Source: Gemmatimonadales bacterium (GTDB lineage: Bacteria; Gemmatimonadota; Gemmatimonadetes; Gemmatimonadales; GWC2-71-9). Taken from it: a stretch of DNA of 64,000 nucleotides. The number at the start of each line of letters is the position of its first letter. Position 1 is the stretch's first letter. The DNA is taken from the NCBI GenBank assembly GCA_036555485.1, contig DATBLG010000127.1:11152-75151 (forward strand), written 5' to 3'. A program made the translations under genes and the position numbers. The notes below the pieces were generated by a model that saw nothing but the letters and a program-made list of their open reading frames with translations, was not told the DNA's origin and made no database searches. Shown in pieces: positions 8,909 through 18,988 of the stretch.

Positions 8909-9984
8909 TGAGCGCGCGCGACAGCCGCGCGTGGGTCGAAGTGAGTCTCGCGGCTGTGGTCGAGAATGCCCGTACGGTGGCGCGCACCGCGGGCGCACGG
9001 CTCCTCCCGATCGTGAAGGCCAACGCGTACGGGCTCGGAGCCGTCGCCGTGTCCGGGGCGCTGGAAGCAGTGGACCCGTGGGGCTACGGCGTCGCCACGA
9101 TCGAAGAAGGCGCTGAGCTTCGAGCCGCGGGAATCGCACGGCGGATTCTGGTACTTTTGCCGGCGACGCCAGGGCGGTTCGCCTCGTACCGTGAGCTACG
9201 GCTGACGCCCGTGTTCGACGAGCCTACCGCGCTGCGCGCGTGGGCCGGGAACGGCGACGGGGATCCGTTTCACATCGAGATCGACACGGGGATGGCTCGC
9301 GGCGGCGTGCGGTGGGACGAGGTGGAGCGCATCGCGTCGCTCACCGACACGCCGGGCTTCGAAGGGGCGTTCACCCAGCTGCACTCGTCGGAGTGTGCCG
9401 ATGGCACGACGGGGCAGCAGCTCGAACGGTTCTTGACCGCGCTCGCGCGACTGCCGCGCCGACCGAAACTGCGCCATGTCGCCAACAGCGCGGCAGCCCT
9501 GCGAGATCCGACTTGCGCGCTCGATCTCGTCCGCCCGGGGGTCTTCCTCTACGGCGGCTCACCGGGCGGCGGCGTCCAGCCGGGCCGGCCGGTCGCGAGT
9601 GTGCGGGCCCGCGTCGTGAGCGTGCGACGGGTGCAACCGGGGGACGGCGTGAGCTACAATGCGCGCTGGATCGCGCCGCGCGAGACGACCATCGCCACGC
9701 TCGGCATCGGGTACGCCGACGGCGTGCCAGCGACGCTCGGGCCGGATGGGCAGGGACAGGTCCTGCTGCGCGGAACACGCTGCCCGATCGTCGGGACCGT
9801 GACGATGGACCTGACGCTGGTGGATGCCGGGGCGGTGCCGGTGGAGGTTGGCGACGTGGCGACGCTGCTGGGGGAGGCGGACGGACAGCGGATCACGCTC
9901 GCTGAGCTGTCCACAGCGAGTGGCGTGCAGCCACGCGGCCTGCTCACAGCGCTGGGACCCCGTCTGCCGAGGGTCTACGCATGA
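8908..9984 (+). CDS. alr: Alanine racemase
   Basis: It has the PLP-lysine motif PIVKANAYGLG and the typical N-terminus (RAWVEVSLAAV). I chose the ATG at 8908, downstream of the predicted promoter. In-frame alternatives are GTG 8896, ATG 8881 and TTG 8857. Confidence 0.85.
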   Translation: MSARDSRAWVEVSLAAVVENARTVARTAGARLLPIVKANAYGLGAVAVSGALEAVDPWGYGVATIEEGAELRAAGIARRILVLLPATPGRFASYRELRLTPVFDEPTALRAWAGNGDGDPFHIEIDTGMARGGVRWDEVERIASLTDTPGFEGAFTQLHSSECADGTTGQQLERFLTALARLPRRPKLRHVANSAAALRDPTCALDLVRPGVFLYGGSPGGGVQPGRPVASVRARVVSVRRVQPGDGVSYNARWIAPRETTIATLGIGYADGVPATLGPDGQGQVLLRGTRCPIVGTVTMDLTLVDAGAVPVEVGDVATLLGEADGQRITLAELSTASGVQPRGLLTALGPRLPRVYA

Positions 9985-11144
9985 AGCGCGCCGCCATCAT
10001 CGTGCTCGACGGGATGGGGATCGGCCGGGCGCCGGACCAGGACGCCTACGGCGACGTCGGCTCGGATACGTTGGGGAACGTCGCGCGGGCGGTCGGTGGG
10101 TTGCACCTGCCGAATCTCGAGCGTCTCGGTCTTGGCTTGTGCCGAGCGCTCGCCGGTGTGGCCCGACCGGCGCAGCCAGGCGCGGCGTACGGGGTCGCGC
10201 TGCCGCAGTCACCGGGCAAGGACTCGACGACCGGGCACTGGGAGTTATGCGGCGTGCTGCTCGACCGGCCGTTCCGCACGTACCCGACCGGTTTTCCGAC
10301 GGCGCTATTGGATGAGTTTGCCCGGCGCACGGAGCGCGGGTGGCTGGGGAACAAGGCGGCGTCCGGCACGGCGATCATCGACGAGCTGGGTGCCGAGCAC
10401 CAGCGCACGGGGCAGTGGATCGTCTATACGTCGGCGGACTCGGTGTTTCAGGTGGCCGCGCACGAGGAATCCGTGTCGCTGGCCGAGTTGTACCGCGCCT
10501 GTGGCGTTGCCCGCGACATGCTCGTGGGCGAGCACGCGGTGAGCCGGGTGATCGCGCGGCCGTTCGAAGGAACGCCCGGAGACTACCGCCGGACGGCGCA
10601 CCGCAAGGACTTCTCGATCGAGCCTGCTGGGACGACGTTGCTCGATCTGCTGGCCGCGGCTGGGGTGCCGCGGATCGGCATCGGCAAGGTCGACGACCTG
10701 TTTGCCGGACGGAACATCGCGAGCGAGCACACCCCCACCAACGCGGATGCGTACCGGTTGATCGAGAAGGCGCTCGACGAGGTGGAGACGGGATTCATCT
10801 TTGTGAATGTGATCGAGTTCGACCAAACGTGGGGGCACCGCAACGATGTGCCGGGGTTTCATCAGGGGCTCGCGGAGCTCGACGGCTGGCTGCCGCGCCT
10901 CGTGGCGCGGCTCAAGGGGGACGACCTGATCATCATCACCGCCGACCATGGCAACGACCCGACGACGCCGTCCACCGACCACTCGCGCGAGGCGGTGCCG
11001 GTGCTCGTGGTGGGGCCACGAGTGCGGGCGGTGGCCCTCGGGGAACTGGCGACGTTCGCCGACTTGGGCGCGACGGTCGCCGAATATTTCGGCGTGCCCC
11101 CACTCGCGGCCGGGCGCTCCTTCCTGGACCAGGTGTGGGCGTGA
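9981..11144 (+). CDS. deoB: Phosphopentomutase
   Basis: 387 aa with an N-terminal IIVLDGMGIG and an ADHGNDPT metal-binding motif. ATGA overlap with alr. Confidence 0.9.
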   Translation: MKRAAIIVLDGMGIGRAPDQDAYGDVGSDTLGNVARAVGGLHLPNLERLGLGLCRALAGVARPAQPGAAYGVALPQSPGKDSTTGHWELCGVLLDRPFRTYPTGFPTALLDEFARRTERGWLGNKAASGTAIIDELGAEHQRTGQWIVYTSADSVFQVAAHEESVSLAELYRACGVARDMLVGEHAVSRVIARPFEGTPGDYRRTAHRKDFSIEPAGTTLLDLLAAAGVPRIGIGKVDDLFAGRNIASEHTPTNADAYRLIEKALDEVETGFIFVNVIEFDQTWGHRNDVPGFHQGLAELDGWLPRLVARLKGDDLIIITADHGNDPTTPSTDHSREAVPVLVVGPRVRAVALGELATFADLGATVAEYFGVPPLAAGRSFLDQVWA

Positions 11145-11530
11145 GCGGCGGAGAGCTGGTGCGCCGCGCCCGCGAGGTGATGCAAAACGCCTACGCACCG
11201 TACAGTCATTTCCATGTAGGAGCCGCGATCGAAGCGGATGACGGCACCGTTCATGTGGGGTGCAACGTCGAGAACGCGTCCTACGGTCTCACCATCTGCG
11301 CCGAACGGATGGCCGTCGGGGCCGCGGTCGCCGCGGGCAAACGGCGCCTGGCGCGCATCGTGGTGGCCACCGCCGTCGAGCCGCCGGCGACCCCGTGCGG
11401 CGCCTGCCGTCAGCTCATGGCCGAGTTCGGGTTGGACATCGAGATCATCACCGTCGGGCCGTCGAGCGAGCGGCGCTGGAAACTGCGGGACCTGTTGCCT
11501 GAGGCGTTCACGCCGGAGTCCCTGACGTGA
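11141..11530 (+). CDS. cdd: Cytidine deaminase
   Basis: 129 aa with zinc motifs CAERMA and PCGACRQ. GTG at 11141 overlaps the deoB TGA. I trimmed the track ORF (10340..). Confidence 0.88.
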   Translation: MSGGELVRRAREVMQNAYAPYSHFHVGAAIEADDGTVHVGCNVENASYGLTICAERMAVGAAVAAGKRRLARIVVATAVEPPATPCGACRQLMAEFGLDIEIITVGPSSERRWKLRDLLPEAFTPESLT

Positions 11531-12831
11531 AGTCCTTCACTCGCTTTGCGATTGTCAGTGCTACGGTGGCAACAGGCGTGCTCGCGTGCACGGAGCAAAT
11601 CACTTCGCCGGCCAGCTGTCCGGATTTCTGTCCCGGCGGCCAGATCGTTACCGTCGAGTCGTTGCTCACGACGGCAATCAGCCGTGATTCCACCTTCCGG
11701 GGATACGTCGAGGCGCACCGTGCCTTCATGCTGCTCGCCGCGACGCTCCCGGGCCTCGACAGCCGGCCGATCTTCCAGACCGCGCCCATCGCGCCGCGGC
11801 TGCCCATCAACGCAGGGGGCGACACCACGACGGGACCGATCGTGGTCGATTCATCCCGGCTGACCTTCACGCTGCTGCGACGGGACACGGCTGCGCACAA
11901 CCTGCGCCTCGCGCTGTACCGGCTGCCGCTCGGGCTGGACAGCACCAGCACATTCGCGGGGACGGCCCCGGGATTCGCGGGAACTCCTGTTCGGGTGGTC
12001 AACTTGGACAGCCTGTTCGCCAAGGCCGGCGGGCGCGACTCCGTCACCGGGGACAGCGTGCTGAGCGTGGACTCGGTGCGTCACGCGGTGACGTTTTCGC
12101 TGAAGTTCGACACGACCCAGATTCCCTTCGTGGTGGCCGACAGCGGGCAGATGGGCATCGGCGTGCGCATCATGGCCGACCTCCCGACCAGCGCCGCGTT
12201 CGCCTCGGGTGAGATCGGCACCGGTCCGGAGATCACATGGTTTCTGCGGGTGGACTCAGCGGGGACCCTGCTCCAGCGACCAGCGCAACGACGCTTGGCT
12301 CGCTTTGACGGCTTCGTGTTCGACCCGCCGCCGGCCGCGCTCGACTCGAACCTCACGATCGGCGGAGTGCCCTCCGCGCGGGCGTTGTTGCGCATCGCGG
12401 TGCCGCGCGCGATTCGTGACTCGAGCCAGATTATTCGGGCGACGTTGATCCTCGTCCCGGTGGCTCCCATTCCCGCGACACCGGCGGATTCGTTCTTCCT
12501 GCAGGTGAACCACGTGGCGGCCGACCTTGGCGCCAAGTCACCGATTGCGCTGGACACCCTCGGCCCGGAATCGGCGCTGTTCGGTCCCGGCCTGTCCGAC
12601 ACGATTCAGATCGAGGTGACCTCGCTGTTGCGGTTCTGGCAATTCGACACCACGTCCGCGACGGCTGTCTACCTGCGCCTCCTCGCCCTCGACCGCGCGG
12701 ACAGTGTCAATCTCGACGGGTCCGAAGGCAGCACCTTCACTGCGCTCCGGCTCTACTCCTCACGCACGCCGGCGTTCCGGCCGTCGCTGCGTCTCACGTT
12801 TGTCCGGCGCTTCAAGTTCGGGGAGCCCTGA
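11527..12831 (+). CDS. Hypothetical lipoprotein
   Basis: GTG overlaps the cdd TGA. It has a lipoprotein signal (ATVATGVLAC). 434 aa, no family recognised. Confidence 0.65.
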   Translation: MKSFTRFAIVSATVATGVLACTEQITSPASCPDFCPGGQIVTVESLLTTAISRDSTFRGYVEAHRAFMLLAATLPGLDSRPIFQTAPIAPRLPINAGGDTTTGPIVVDSSRLTFTLLRRDTAAHNLRLALYRLPLGLDSTSTFAGTAPGFAGTPVRVVNLDSLFAKAGGRDSVTGDSVLSVDSVRHAVTFSLKFDTTQIPFVVADSGQMGIGVRIMADLPTSAAFASGEIGTGPEITWFLRVDSAGTLLQRPAQRRLARFDGFVFDPPPAALDSNLTIGGVPSARALLRIAVPRAIRDSSQIIRATLILVPVAPIPATPADSFFLQVNHVAADLGAKSPIALDTLGPESALFGPGLSDTIQIEVTSLLRFWQFDTTSATAVYLRLLALDRADSVNLDGSEGSTFTALRLYSSRTPAFRPSLRLTFVRRFKFGEP

Positions 12832-12832
12832 G

Positions 12833-13936
12833 ATGCGCGACCCTCGCTCGGGCGCCATCGTCGTGGTCCTGCTGGCCGGCGCCGTCGTCACCGCATCGGC
12901 CCAGGACTCGCCGTTCAACGTCCGCGGCCTCGGGGTGCCTGGACGGTTCGAGAGCGTGCGCGCGCGCGCGACCGGTGGCGCGTTTGCGGCGTTCGACCAG
13001 TTGTCGGTGCTCAGCGACGTGGCGGTCGTGGATGTCGCGAGTCTCACCGCGACCGCCGTGGGTGTGGCGTCGTTCCTGACCGACGACCTCAATGGGGTTC
13101 GTGCCACTCGCCGCACCGGGCGATTCCCGCTGTTTCAGGTAAGCGGCCCGCTGTGGCACGGGGTCGTGCTGGCAGGTGGGTTCGCCACCTACCTGGACCG
13201 TTCCTACCGCGTGGTCATCAAGGACACCATCACCCTCGGCGGGTCCGGACAGGCGGTGACCGACAACTTGTCGAGCGACGGCGGGGTGACCGACATTCGG
13301 GTCGTGGCCGCGAAACGGGTGGGCCGGATCGCCTTCGGCGCTGGGCTCCATCTGCTCACCGGGTCGGCGCGCGTGGTGGCCCAGCGGCTGTTCACCGACA
13401 CTTCCGCATATCGCAGCGTCACACAAACGGACGAAGTCGCCTTTACCGGCATGGGCGGGTCGGCGAGCGCGATGCTCAACCTGACCCGGGGACTGGCGCT
13501 GACTGTGTACGGGCGTTCCGATACTCGGCTCTCGAGCCAAGTGCGTGCCGCCACCGTCGCCGTCAACGATCTGCCCATCACGATCGGCGGGGCCGTGCGT
13601 TGGCAGCCGGCGCCGGAGGCGGCCTTCGCGGCGGCGGTAACGCGCCGCTCCTGGGCGAGCGCCGCGGACAGCGGGGCGTTCAATACGACGAGCTGGTCCG
13701 CCGGGGCGCAGCTTGGATCCGGGAGCCGGCCGTTGCGCTTCGGAGTGCGTGGCGGCGACCTGCCGTTTGGTCCGGGAGGTGCGCCGCGGGAGTTTGCCGT
13801 CGCGGCAGGCACCGGCTTGACGCTCGCCGGCGGCCGTGGTGTCATCGACTTCACCCTCGAGCGGCTGCGACGCACCGGCGGCGGGCTCACCGAAACGGGC
13901 TGGTCCGTGCTCTTTGGCCTCACCGTGCGGCCGTGA
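12833..13936 (+). CDS. Hypothetical secreted protein, probable outer-membrane beta-barrel
   Basis: ATG at 12833 lies 1 nt after the upstream stop. It has a signal peptide (VVVLLAGAVVTASAQD) and an alternating amphipathic strand pattern. I trimmed the track ORF (12704..). Confidence 0.6.
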   Translation: MRDPRSGAIVVVLLAGAVVTASAQDSPFNVRGLGVPGRFESVRARATGGAFAAFDQLSVLSDVAVVDVASLTATAVGVASFLTDDLNGVRATRRTGRFPLFQVSGPLWHGVVLAGGFATYLDRSYRVVIKDTITLGGSGQAVTDNLSSDGGVTDIRVVAAKRVGRIAFGAGLHLLTGSARVVAQRLFTDTSAYRSVTQTDEVAFTGMGGSASAMLNLTRGLALTVYGRSDTRLSSQVRAATVAVNDLPITIGGAVRWQPAPEAAFAAAVTRRSWASAADSGAFNTTSWSAGAQLGSGSRPLRFGVRGGDLPFGPGGAPREFAVAAGTGLTLAGGRGVIDFTLERLRRTGGGLTETGWSVLFGLTVRP

Positions 13937-15153
13937 ACGTCTACTTTCACACCTTTGGCTGCAAGGCGAACCAATACGACACCGAACGCGTGCGCCAGGC
14001 ATTCGCCGACGCGGGCGTCACCGTCGTGGATGTCCCCGAGGCCGCCGATCTCGCGGTGGTGAATTCCTGCACCGTCACGCGGGAAAGCGAAGCCAAGCTT
14101 CGGCGCTACGTGCGTCACCAGGCGCGCGCCGGCCGCGACACGATCGTCATGGGCTGCGCCGCCGCGCTCGATGGCGGCACGCTCGCATCGCTGCCCAGGG
14201 TTCGCGCGGTCGTCGGCGGCGCCGATCCGCTGCCCGTGCTCCGGGCGGCGGGCGTCGTCGCCACGCGGGTCGATCCGGTGTTGCGGCGCTTCGCCGGCAG
14301 CGCTCGGGGCTGGCTCAAGATCCAGGACGGTTGCGACGAGCATTGCACATTCTGTGCGACCACGCTCGCGCGCGGCGCCAACCGCTCGCGTCCGGTGGCG
14401 GACCTCGTCGCCGAGGCGCGCGCGCTGGCCGAGCATCACGCCGAGCTCGTGCTCACGGGCGTGCACATCGGGACCTACGGCAAGGACAGAGACGGGGGAC
14501 GGGGGAAGGGGGAAGGGTCACTCGGGGAATTGCTGGATGCTCTGGTGACTGCGGTGCCGCAGGTTCGCTTCCGGCTTTCCTCCATTGAGGCGACTGAGGT
14601 GGATGACCGCCTCGGGCGCCTGCTGATCGAAGCGCCGCGGCACGTCGCGGCCCATCTGCACGCCCCGCTGCAATCGGCCGCGAATCACGTGCTCAAACGA
14701 ATGGGCCGGCACTGGTACACCGCCGAGACCTACCGCGCGCGCATTGAATGGCTCGCCGACCGACTCCCGATATTCAGTCTGGGCGCGGATGTGATCGCCG
14801 GCTTCCCCGGCGAGAACGACGAGGAGCACCAAGCCACGCGCGATTTCATCGGTGCCCTGCCGTTCACCTATCTCCACGTGTTTCCGTTCAGTGTGCGGCC
14901 CGATGCCGCGGCGGCGAATCTGGCCGGGCGCCTGCCGGAGACTCTCGTGCGGGAACGGGCGCGCGAGCTGCGGGCGTTGGGTGACGACAAGATGGCGGCG
15001 TACCGCGCCGTCCGGCGCGGTGGGAGCGGTGATGGTGTGGTGTGTGGGCGGCAATCGGGCCGCGTGGAAGTGCTGACGCAGGACTATCTCACGGTCTATC
15101 TTTCGAGCCACGCTTGGGACGGACGCCCCCGGCTGGACGTGACGGTGGACTGA
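13933..15153 (+). CDS. Radical-SAM methylthiotransferase, MtaB-like
   Basis: It has an N-terminal UPF0004 pattern (VYFHTFGCKANQYD), the radical-SAM cluster CDEHCTFC and a C-terminal TRAM-like region. GTG at 13933 overlaps the upstream TGA. I trimmed the track ORF (13153..). Confidence 0.8.
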   Translation: MNVYFHTFGCKANQYDTERVRQAFADAGVTVVDVPEAADLAVVNSCTVTRESEAKLRRYVRHQARAGRDTIVMGCAAALDGGTLASLPRVRAVVGGADPLPVLRAAGVVATRVDPVLRRFAGSARGWLKIQDGCDEHCTFCATTLARGANRSRPVADLVAEARALAEHHAELVLTGVHIGTYGKDRDGGRGKGEGSLGELLDALVTAVPQVRFRLSSIEATEVDDRLGRLLIEAPRHVAAHLHAPLQSAANHVLKRMGRHWYTAETYRARIEWLADRLPIFSLGADVIAGFPGENDEEHQATRDFIGALPFTYLHVFPFSVRPDAAAANLAGRLPETLVRERARELRALGDDKMAAYRAVRRGGSGDGVVCGRQSGRVEVLTQDYLTVYLSSHAWDGRPRLDVTVD

Positions 15154-15155
15154 TC

Positions 15156-16469
15156 GTGCCACGCATCTATATCGAAACCTACGGTTGCCAGATGAACGTC
15201 TCGGACTCCGAGCTGATGCTCGGCGTGCTGGGCCGGGCCGGGTACGTCCGCACGACGGACCCGGCGGAGGCCGACGTGCTGCTGGTGAACACCTGCGCGG
15301 TGCGCGACCACGCTGAGCAGCGGGTTCTCGGCCGCATGGGGGAGCTGAAGCGGTACAAGCGGCCTGGGGACGTCCTGGGCGTGGTTGGCTGTATGGCGCA
15401 ACGGTTGGGTCCGAAACTGCTGGAGCAGGTGCCCCAGGTGGACCTGGTGATCGGGCCAGACGGTTACCGTGGCCTCCCGGAGCTGATTGCGCGAGCCCGC
15501 GGCGGGGAGCGGTCCGCCGATGTCGTCTTCCGTGGGTGGGAGCACTACGAAGACGTTCCCGCCGAACGCCCGGACGGTGCTTCCGCATTCGTGACGGTGC
15601 AACGGGGCTGCGATTATCGGTGCACCTTCTGCGTGGTTCCGATGACACGGGGACCGGAGCGCAGCCGCAAGTTGGAGGACGTGGTGGGTGAGGTCACACG
15701 CCTAACCGCCACGGGAACCTCCGAGGTGACGCTCCTTGGCCAGACGGTCAATAGCTATCACGACGGGACGCACGATTTCGCGGACTTGCTGCGCGCCGTC
15801 GGCGCGGTTCCGGGTATCCGGCGCGTGCGGTTCACGTCGCCCTATCCGACGGACTTCAGCGCGCGGGTGCTTGCTGCGATGGCCGAAACACCATCGGTCT
15901 GTGAGCACGTCCATCTGCCGGTGCAGAGCGGCAGCTCGCGCGTGCTCAAACGGATGCTGCGGCGATACACCCGTGAACGCTACCTCGAAGTCGTGGACGC
16001 GTTGCGGGCGGTTGTGCCGGGGATCGCGCTCACGACGGATATCATCGTGGGGTTTCCGGGCGAGACCGAAGAGGATTTCGCCGCGACGCAGTCGTTGGTG
16101 GAGCAGGTGGAGTTCGACGACGCCTACACGTTCCGCTATTCGTTGCGCGACGGAACGCCGGCCGTGCGGCTCCCGGACCAAGTCCCCGACGATGTGGCGG
16201 GCGAGCGGCTCGAGCGACTCATCGCGCTGGTGCGCGCGTTGGCGCGGCGGCGCAACATGGGGCTCGTCGGCACGACGCACGAAGTGCTCGTTGAGGGACG
16301 GGCCAAGCGGGGCGGGCTGCTCCAGACGCGCACGCGCACCAACAAAGTGGCCCTCGTGGATGGGCCCGACGAGTGGGTCGGGTCCTACCGTCGGGTGCGC
16401 TTCACCGGCACGACCGGCTCCACGTTCACCGCGTGGCCGGCGGAACAGGAGGCGGCCGTCGTGGGGTAA
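15156..16469 (+). CDS. miaB: tRNA-2-methylthio-N6-dimethylallyladenosine synthase MiaB
   Basis: It has IYIETYGCQMN and the radical-SAM cluster CDYRCTFC. GTG at 15156 lies 2 nt after the upstream stop. Confidence 0.85.
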   Translation: MPRIYIETYGCQMNVSDSELMLGVLGRAGYVRTTDPAEADVLLVNTCAVRDHAEQRVLGRMGELKRYKRPGDVLGVVGCMAQRLGPKLLEQVPQVDLVIGPDGYRGLPELIARARGGERSADVVFRGWEHYEDVPAERPDGASAFVTVQRGCDYRCTFCVVPMTRGPERSRKLEDVVGEVTRLTATGTSEVTLLGQTVNSYHDGTHDFADLLRAVGAVPGIRRVRFTSPYPTDFSARVLAAMAETPSVCEHVHLPVQSGSSRVLKRMLRRYTRERYLEVVDALRAVVPGIALTTDIIVGFPGETEEDFAATQSLVEQVEFDDAYTFRYSLRDGTPAVRLPDQVPDDVAGERLERLIALVRALARRRNMGLVGTTHEVLVEGRAKRGGLLQTRTRTNKVALVDGPDEWVGSYRRVRFTGTTGSTFTAWPAEQEAAVVG

Positions 16470-16474
16470 CGAAC

Positions 16475-16747
16475 GTGACTTTGGAGGCGACGCAGAAGGA
16501 GTACGATCGGCTGCGGCCGCAGTACTCCACCTTCTGCGGGTGCGACACCTGCCGGGGAGACGTGCTCGTCTTCGCCTTGAACCGGTTGTCGCCGCATTAT
16601 GTGTCGACGCGGCAGGGGGAGATTCTGACGGAGCTCTCCTTGGGCACCGACCAGGAAATGGCGAAACTGACCGTCGTGCTCATCGAGGGGTACCGCCGCG
16701 TCGCGCTCGCGCCGCGCTGCGGGGCCAAACCGATCACCCTGGCGTAA
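16475..16747 (+). CDS. ComFB-like (late competence development) small protein
   Basis: 90 aa with a Cys cluster and helix, FCGCDTCRGDVLVFALNRLSPHYV, matching the ComFB family pattern. GTG at 16475 is the first start after the miaB stop. Confidence 0.6.
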   Translation: MTLEATQKEYDRLRPQYSTFCGCDTCRGDVLVFALNRLSPHYVSTRQGEILTELSLGTDQEMAKLTVVLIEGYRRVALAPRCGAKPITLA

Positions 16748-16762
16748 CCGGCTGAGGCGGCC

Positions 16763-18988
16763 GTGCGGCCGCCGCTCCTCTGGATCACTGTCGGCTTCGG
16801 GGCCGGCCTTGCGGCCGGCCTCTCGGCGTTTCATCGGATCCAGGATCTCAGTGTCGGCGTGCCGATTCTTGTCGGGGCCGTGCTCGTGGCGAAACGGGCC
16901 CCGGTGGCGGCGGCGCTCGGCGCGGCCGCGATCGCGGGCCTGCTCTGGGGTGCGGCGGCGGTCGCCCGACGCGAGGCGGGCTGCGCGGGTCGCTGGGCCC
17001 GTGAGACGATCGATGGGACGCGCGGGTCCCGGGCGGCCATCGTCCGGCTCGCGGATCCCGTCGGCACAGCCGGGGGCATCGTCGAAGGACGCGTGCTCGC
17101 CGGTGGATGCGGCGGCGGAACCGTTACGCTCCGCTGGCTATCGGGCCGCCCGGCCAGCGGCGGCAGCACCTGGGTGGTCGCCGGGCCCTGGCTCGGGAGC
17201 GCCGGCCGCGGGCTGCTGCGCGTGCGGTCCGCCCGCGTGCTGGATCCGACGCGGCACGGTCGTGGCGCTCTGCGCGATCGCATCGCTGCCCGCAGCGCGG
17301 GCTTGTTCGGCTCGCGGGCGCCGCTCGTCGACGCCCTCGTCATCGGGCGACGCGCCGATCTCGATCCGGACCTGCGCGAGCGCTACACCCGCTCGGGTCT
17401 CGCGCATTTGTTGTCGATCTCCGGTCTGCACGTCGGCTTCCTCGCTGCGTGGCTCGTGTTGGCGCTGCGCTTGCTCGGAGTGCCCCCGCGCATTCGGACC
17501 GGACTGTCCGCCCTCGTCGTCTTCGCCTATTGCTGGCTGCTCGGATTTCCCGCGCCCGCCACCCGCGCCGGACTGATGTTGGCCATCGACGGAGTCGCGC
17601 GGTTGCGCCAACGCATCGTCGCGCCGCGCGGGACGGTGGCGCTCGCCGCGCTCGCGGTGATGATCGGCGATCCCTGGGCCGTGCAGTCGGTGGGCGCCTG
17701 GCTGTCGGTGGCGGCCATCGCCGCCGTGATCTGGGCGGAGCGCGCAGTCTCGCGGCCGGCGCCGCTCAAGCTCGTGGCCCCGGCCGTCGCTGCCACGCTC
17801 GTCACTGCTCCGATCACCGCGTTCACGTTCGGCACCGTGGCGCCGATCGGCGTGCTCGCCAACCTCATCGCCATTCCGCTCGGCGCGATCGCGGTACCCG
17901 GGGTGATCTTTGCGCTCGGACTCTCGGCGGTGATTCCCGCACTCGGGGGGCTGCTGGCCGCGGGTTCGGGACTCGTCCTCGCATTGCTCGACATCGTCGC
18001 GGGACTCGCAGCGGCGATTCCGGGCGGACACGTCATCTCCCCGCCGGGATGGCCGGCCGCACTCGTGTGGGTCGCCGTGCTGGCGGTGGCCTGGTGGCTG
18101 TGGAACGCACCGCGCCGCCCGTGGCTCGTCACAGCCCGCATTGCATTCGTGCTGACTATCGTCTGCTGGGGCTCACTGTTGTGGCGCGCGCCCCGTGACA
18201 GCGACGGCGTCCTCACCGTACATTTTCTCGACGTCGGTCAGGGGGACGCGGCCGCCCTGCGCACGCCCGCCGGCCATTGGGTGTTGATCGACGGTGGGCC
18301 GCGCGGCCCGAAGGGCGATGCCGGGCGTCGTGTCGTCCTGCCGTTTCTGCGGCGCCGCGGCGTCGGGGCGCTGGCACTGGTGGTGGCGACGCACGGCCAC
18401 GAGGATCACGTGGGCGGCCTGTCCGCCGTGATCGAGGCGCTGCCCCCCACAGTGGTGCTGGAGCCCGGGGAGCCGATCGGCCGACCGCTCTACCTCGAGT
18501 TCCTGGCGGATGTGGAACGCGCGGGCGCCACCTGGCACCCGGCGCGCACCGGCGACCGCCTCGAGCTGGATGGCGTGACGTTCCAGGTGCTGAGTCCCGA
18601 CAGCGGCTGGCTCGCGTGGCAGGAGGACGTGAACGAGGAGAGCGTCGTGTTGCTCGTGACCTACGGCGCGACGCGGCTGCTGTTCATGGGCGACGCCGGG
18701 TTGCCGGTGGAGGACCACTTGCGGGGCCGGGTGGGCCGTGTGGACGTGCTCAAAGTGGGTCATCACGGCTCGCCGACGGCGACGTCGGACGCCTGGCTGG
18801 ACGAGCTGGCACCGCGGGAGGCGGTGATCAGCGTCGGGGCGCGAAATACCTATGGACACCCCGCGCCGTCGGTGCTGGCGCGACTCGTGCAGCACCGGGT
18901 GACGACGCGCCGCACAGACCAGCTCGGGACGATCACTTTCACCATTGACGGGGACCGTGCACACCTCGACTTCCGTCGTCACGATTGA
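16763..18988 (+). CDS. comEC: DNA internalization-related competence protein ComEC/Rec2
   Basis: 741 aa with a polytopic membrane core plus a C-terminal metallo-beta-lactamase domain ([28 protein letters not shown]). Confidence 0.88.
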   Translation: MRPPLLWITVGFGAGLAAGLSAFHRIQDLSVGVPILVGAVLVAKRAPVAAALGAAAIAGLLWGAAAVARREAGCAGRWARETIDGTRGSRAAIVRLADPVGTAGGIVEGRVLAGGCGGGTVTLRWLSGRPASGGSTWVVAGPWLGSAGRGLLRVRSARVLDPTRHGRGALRDRIAARSAGLFGSRAPLVDALVIGRRADLDPDLRERYTRSGLAHLLSISGLHVGFLAAWLVLALRLLGVPPRIRTGLSALVVFAYCWLLGFPAPATRAGLMLAIDGVARLRQRIVAPRGTVALAALAVMIGDPWAVQSVGAWLSVAAIAAVIWAERAVSRPAPLKLVAPAVAATLVTAPITAFTFGTVAPIGVLANLIAIPLGAIAVPGVIFALGLSAVIPALGGLLAAGSGLVLALLDIVAGLAAAIPGGHVISPPGWPAALVWVAVLAVAWWLWNAPRRPWLVTARIAFVLTIVCWGSLLWRAPRDSDGVLTVHFLDVGQGDAAALRTPAGHWVLIDGGPRGPKGDAGRRVVLPFLRRRGVGALALVVATHGHEDHVGGLSAVIEALPPTVVLEPGEPIGRPLYLEFLADVERAGATWHPARTGDRLELDGVTFQVLSPDSGWLAWQEDVNEESVVLLVTYGATRLLFMGDAGLPVEDHLRGRVGRVDVLKVGHHGSPTATSDAWLDELAPREAVISVGARNTYGHPAPSVLARLVQHRVTTRRTDQLGTITFTIDGDRAHLDFRRHD

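Noticed and set aside
13153-13932. Long 5' extensions of track ORFs, such as 13153.., 10340.., 1651.., 46580.., 47505.., 51545.., 56449.., 57494.., 38891.. and 41054...
   Set aside because: The extensions overlap the preceding, clearly real gene in another frame and translate to junk. In each case an in-frame ATG or GTG overlapping or abutting the upstream stop gives a protein with the expected family N-terminus.
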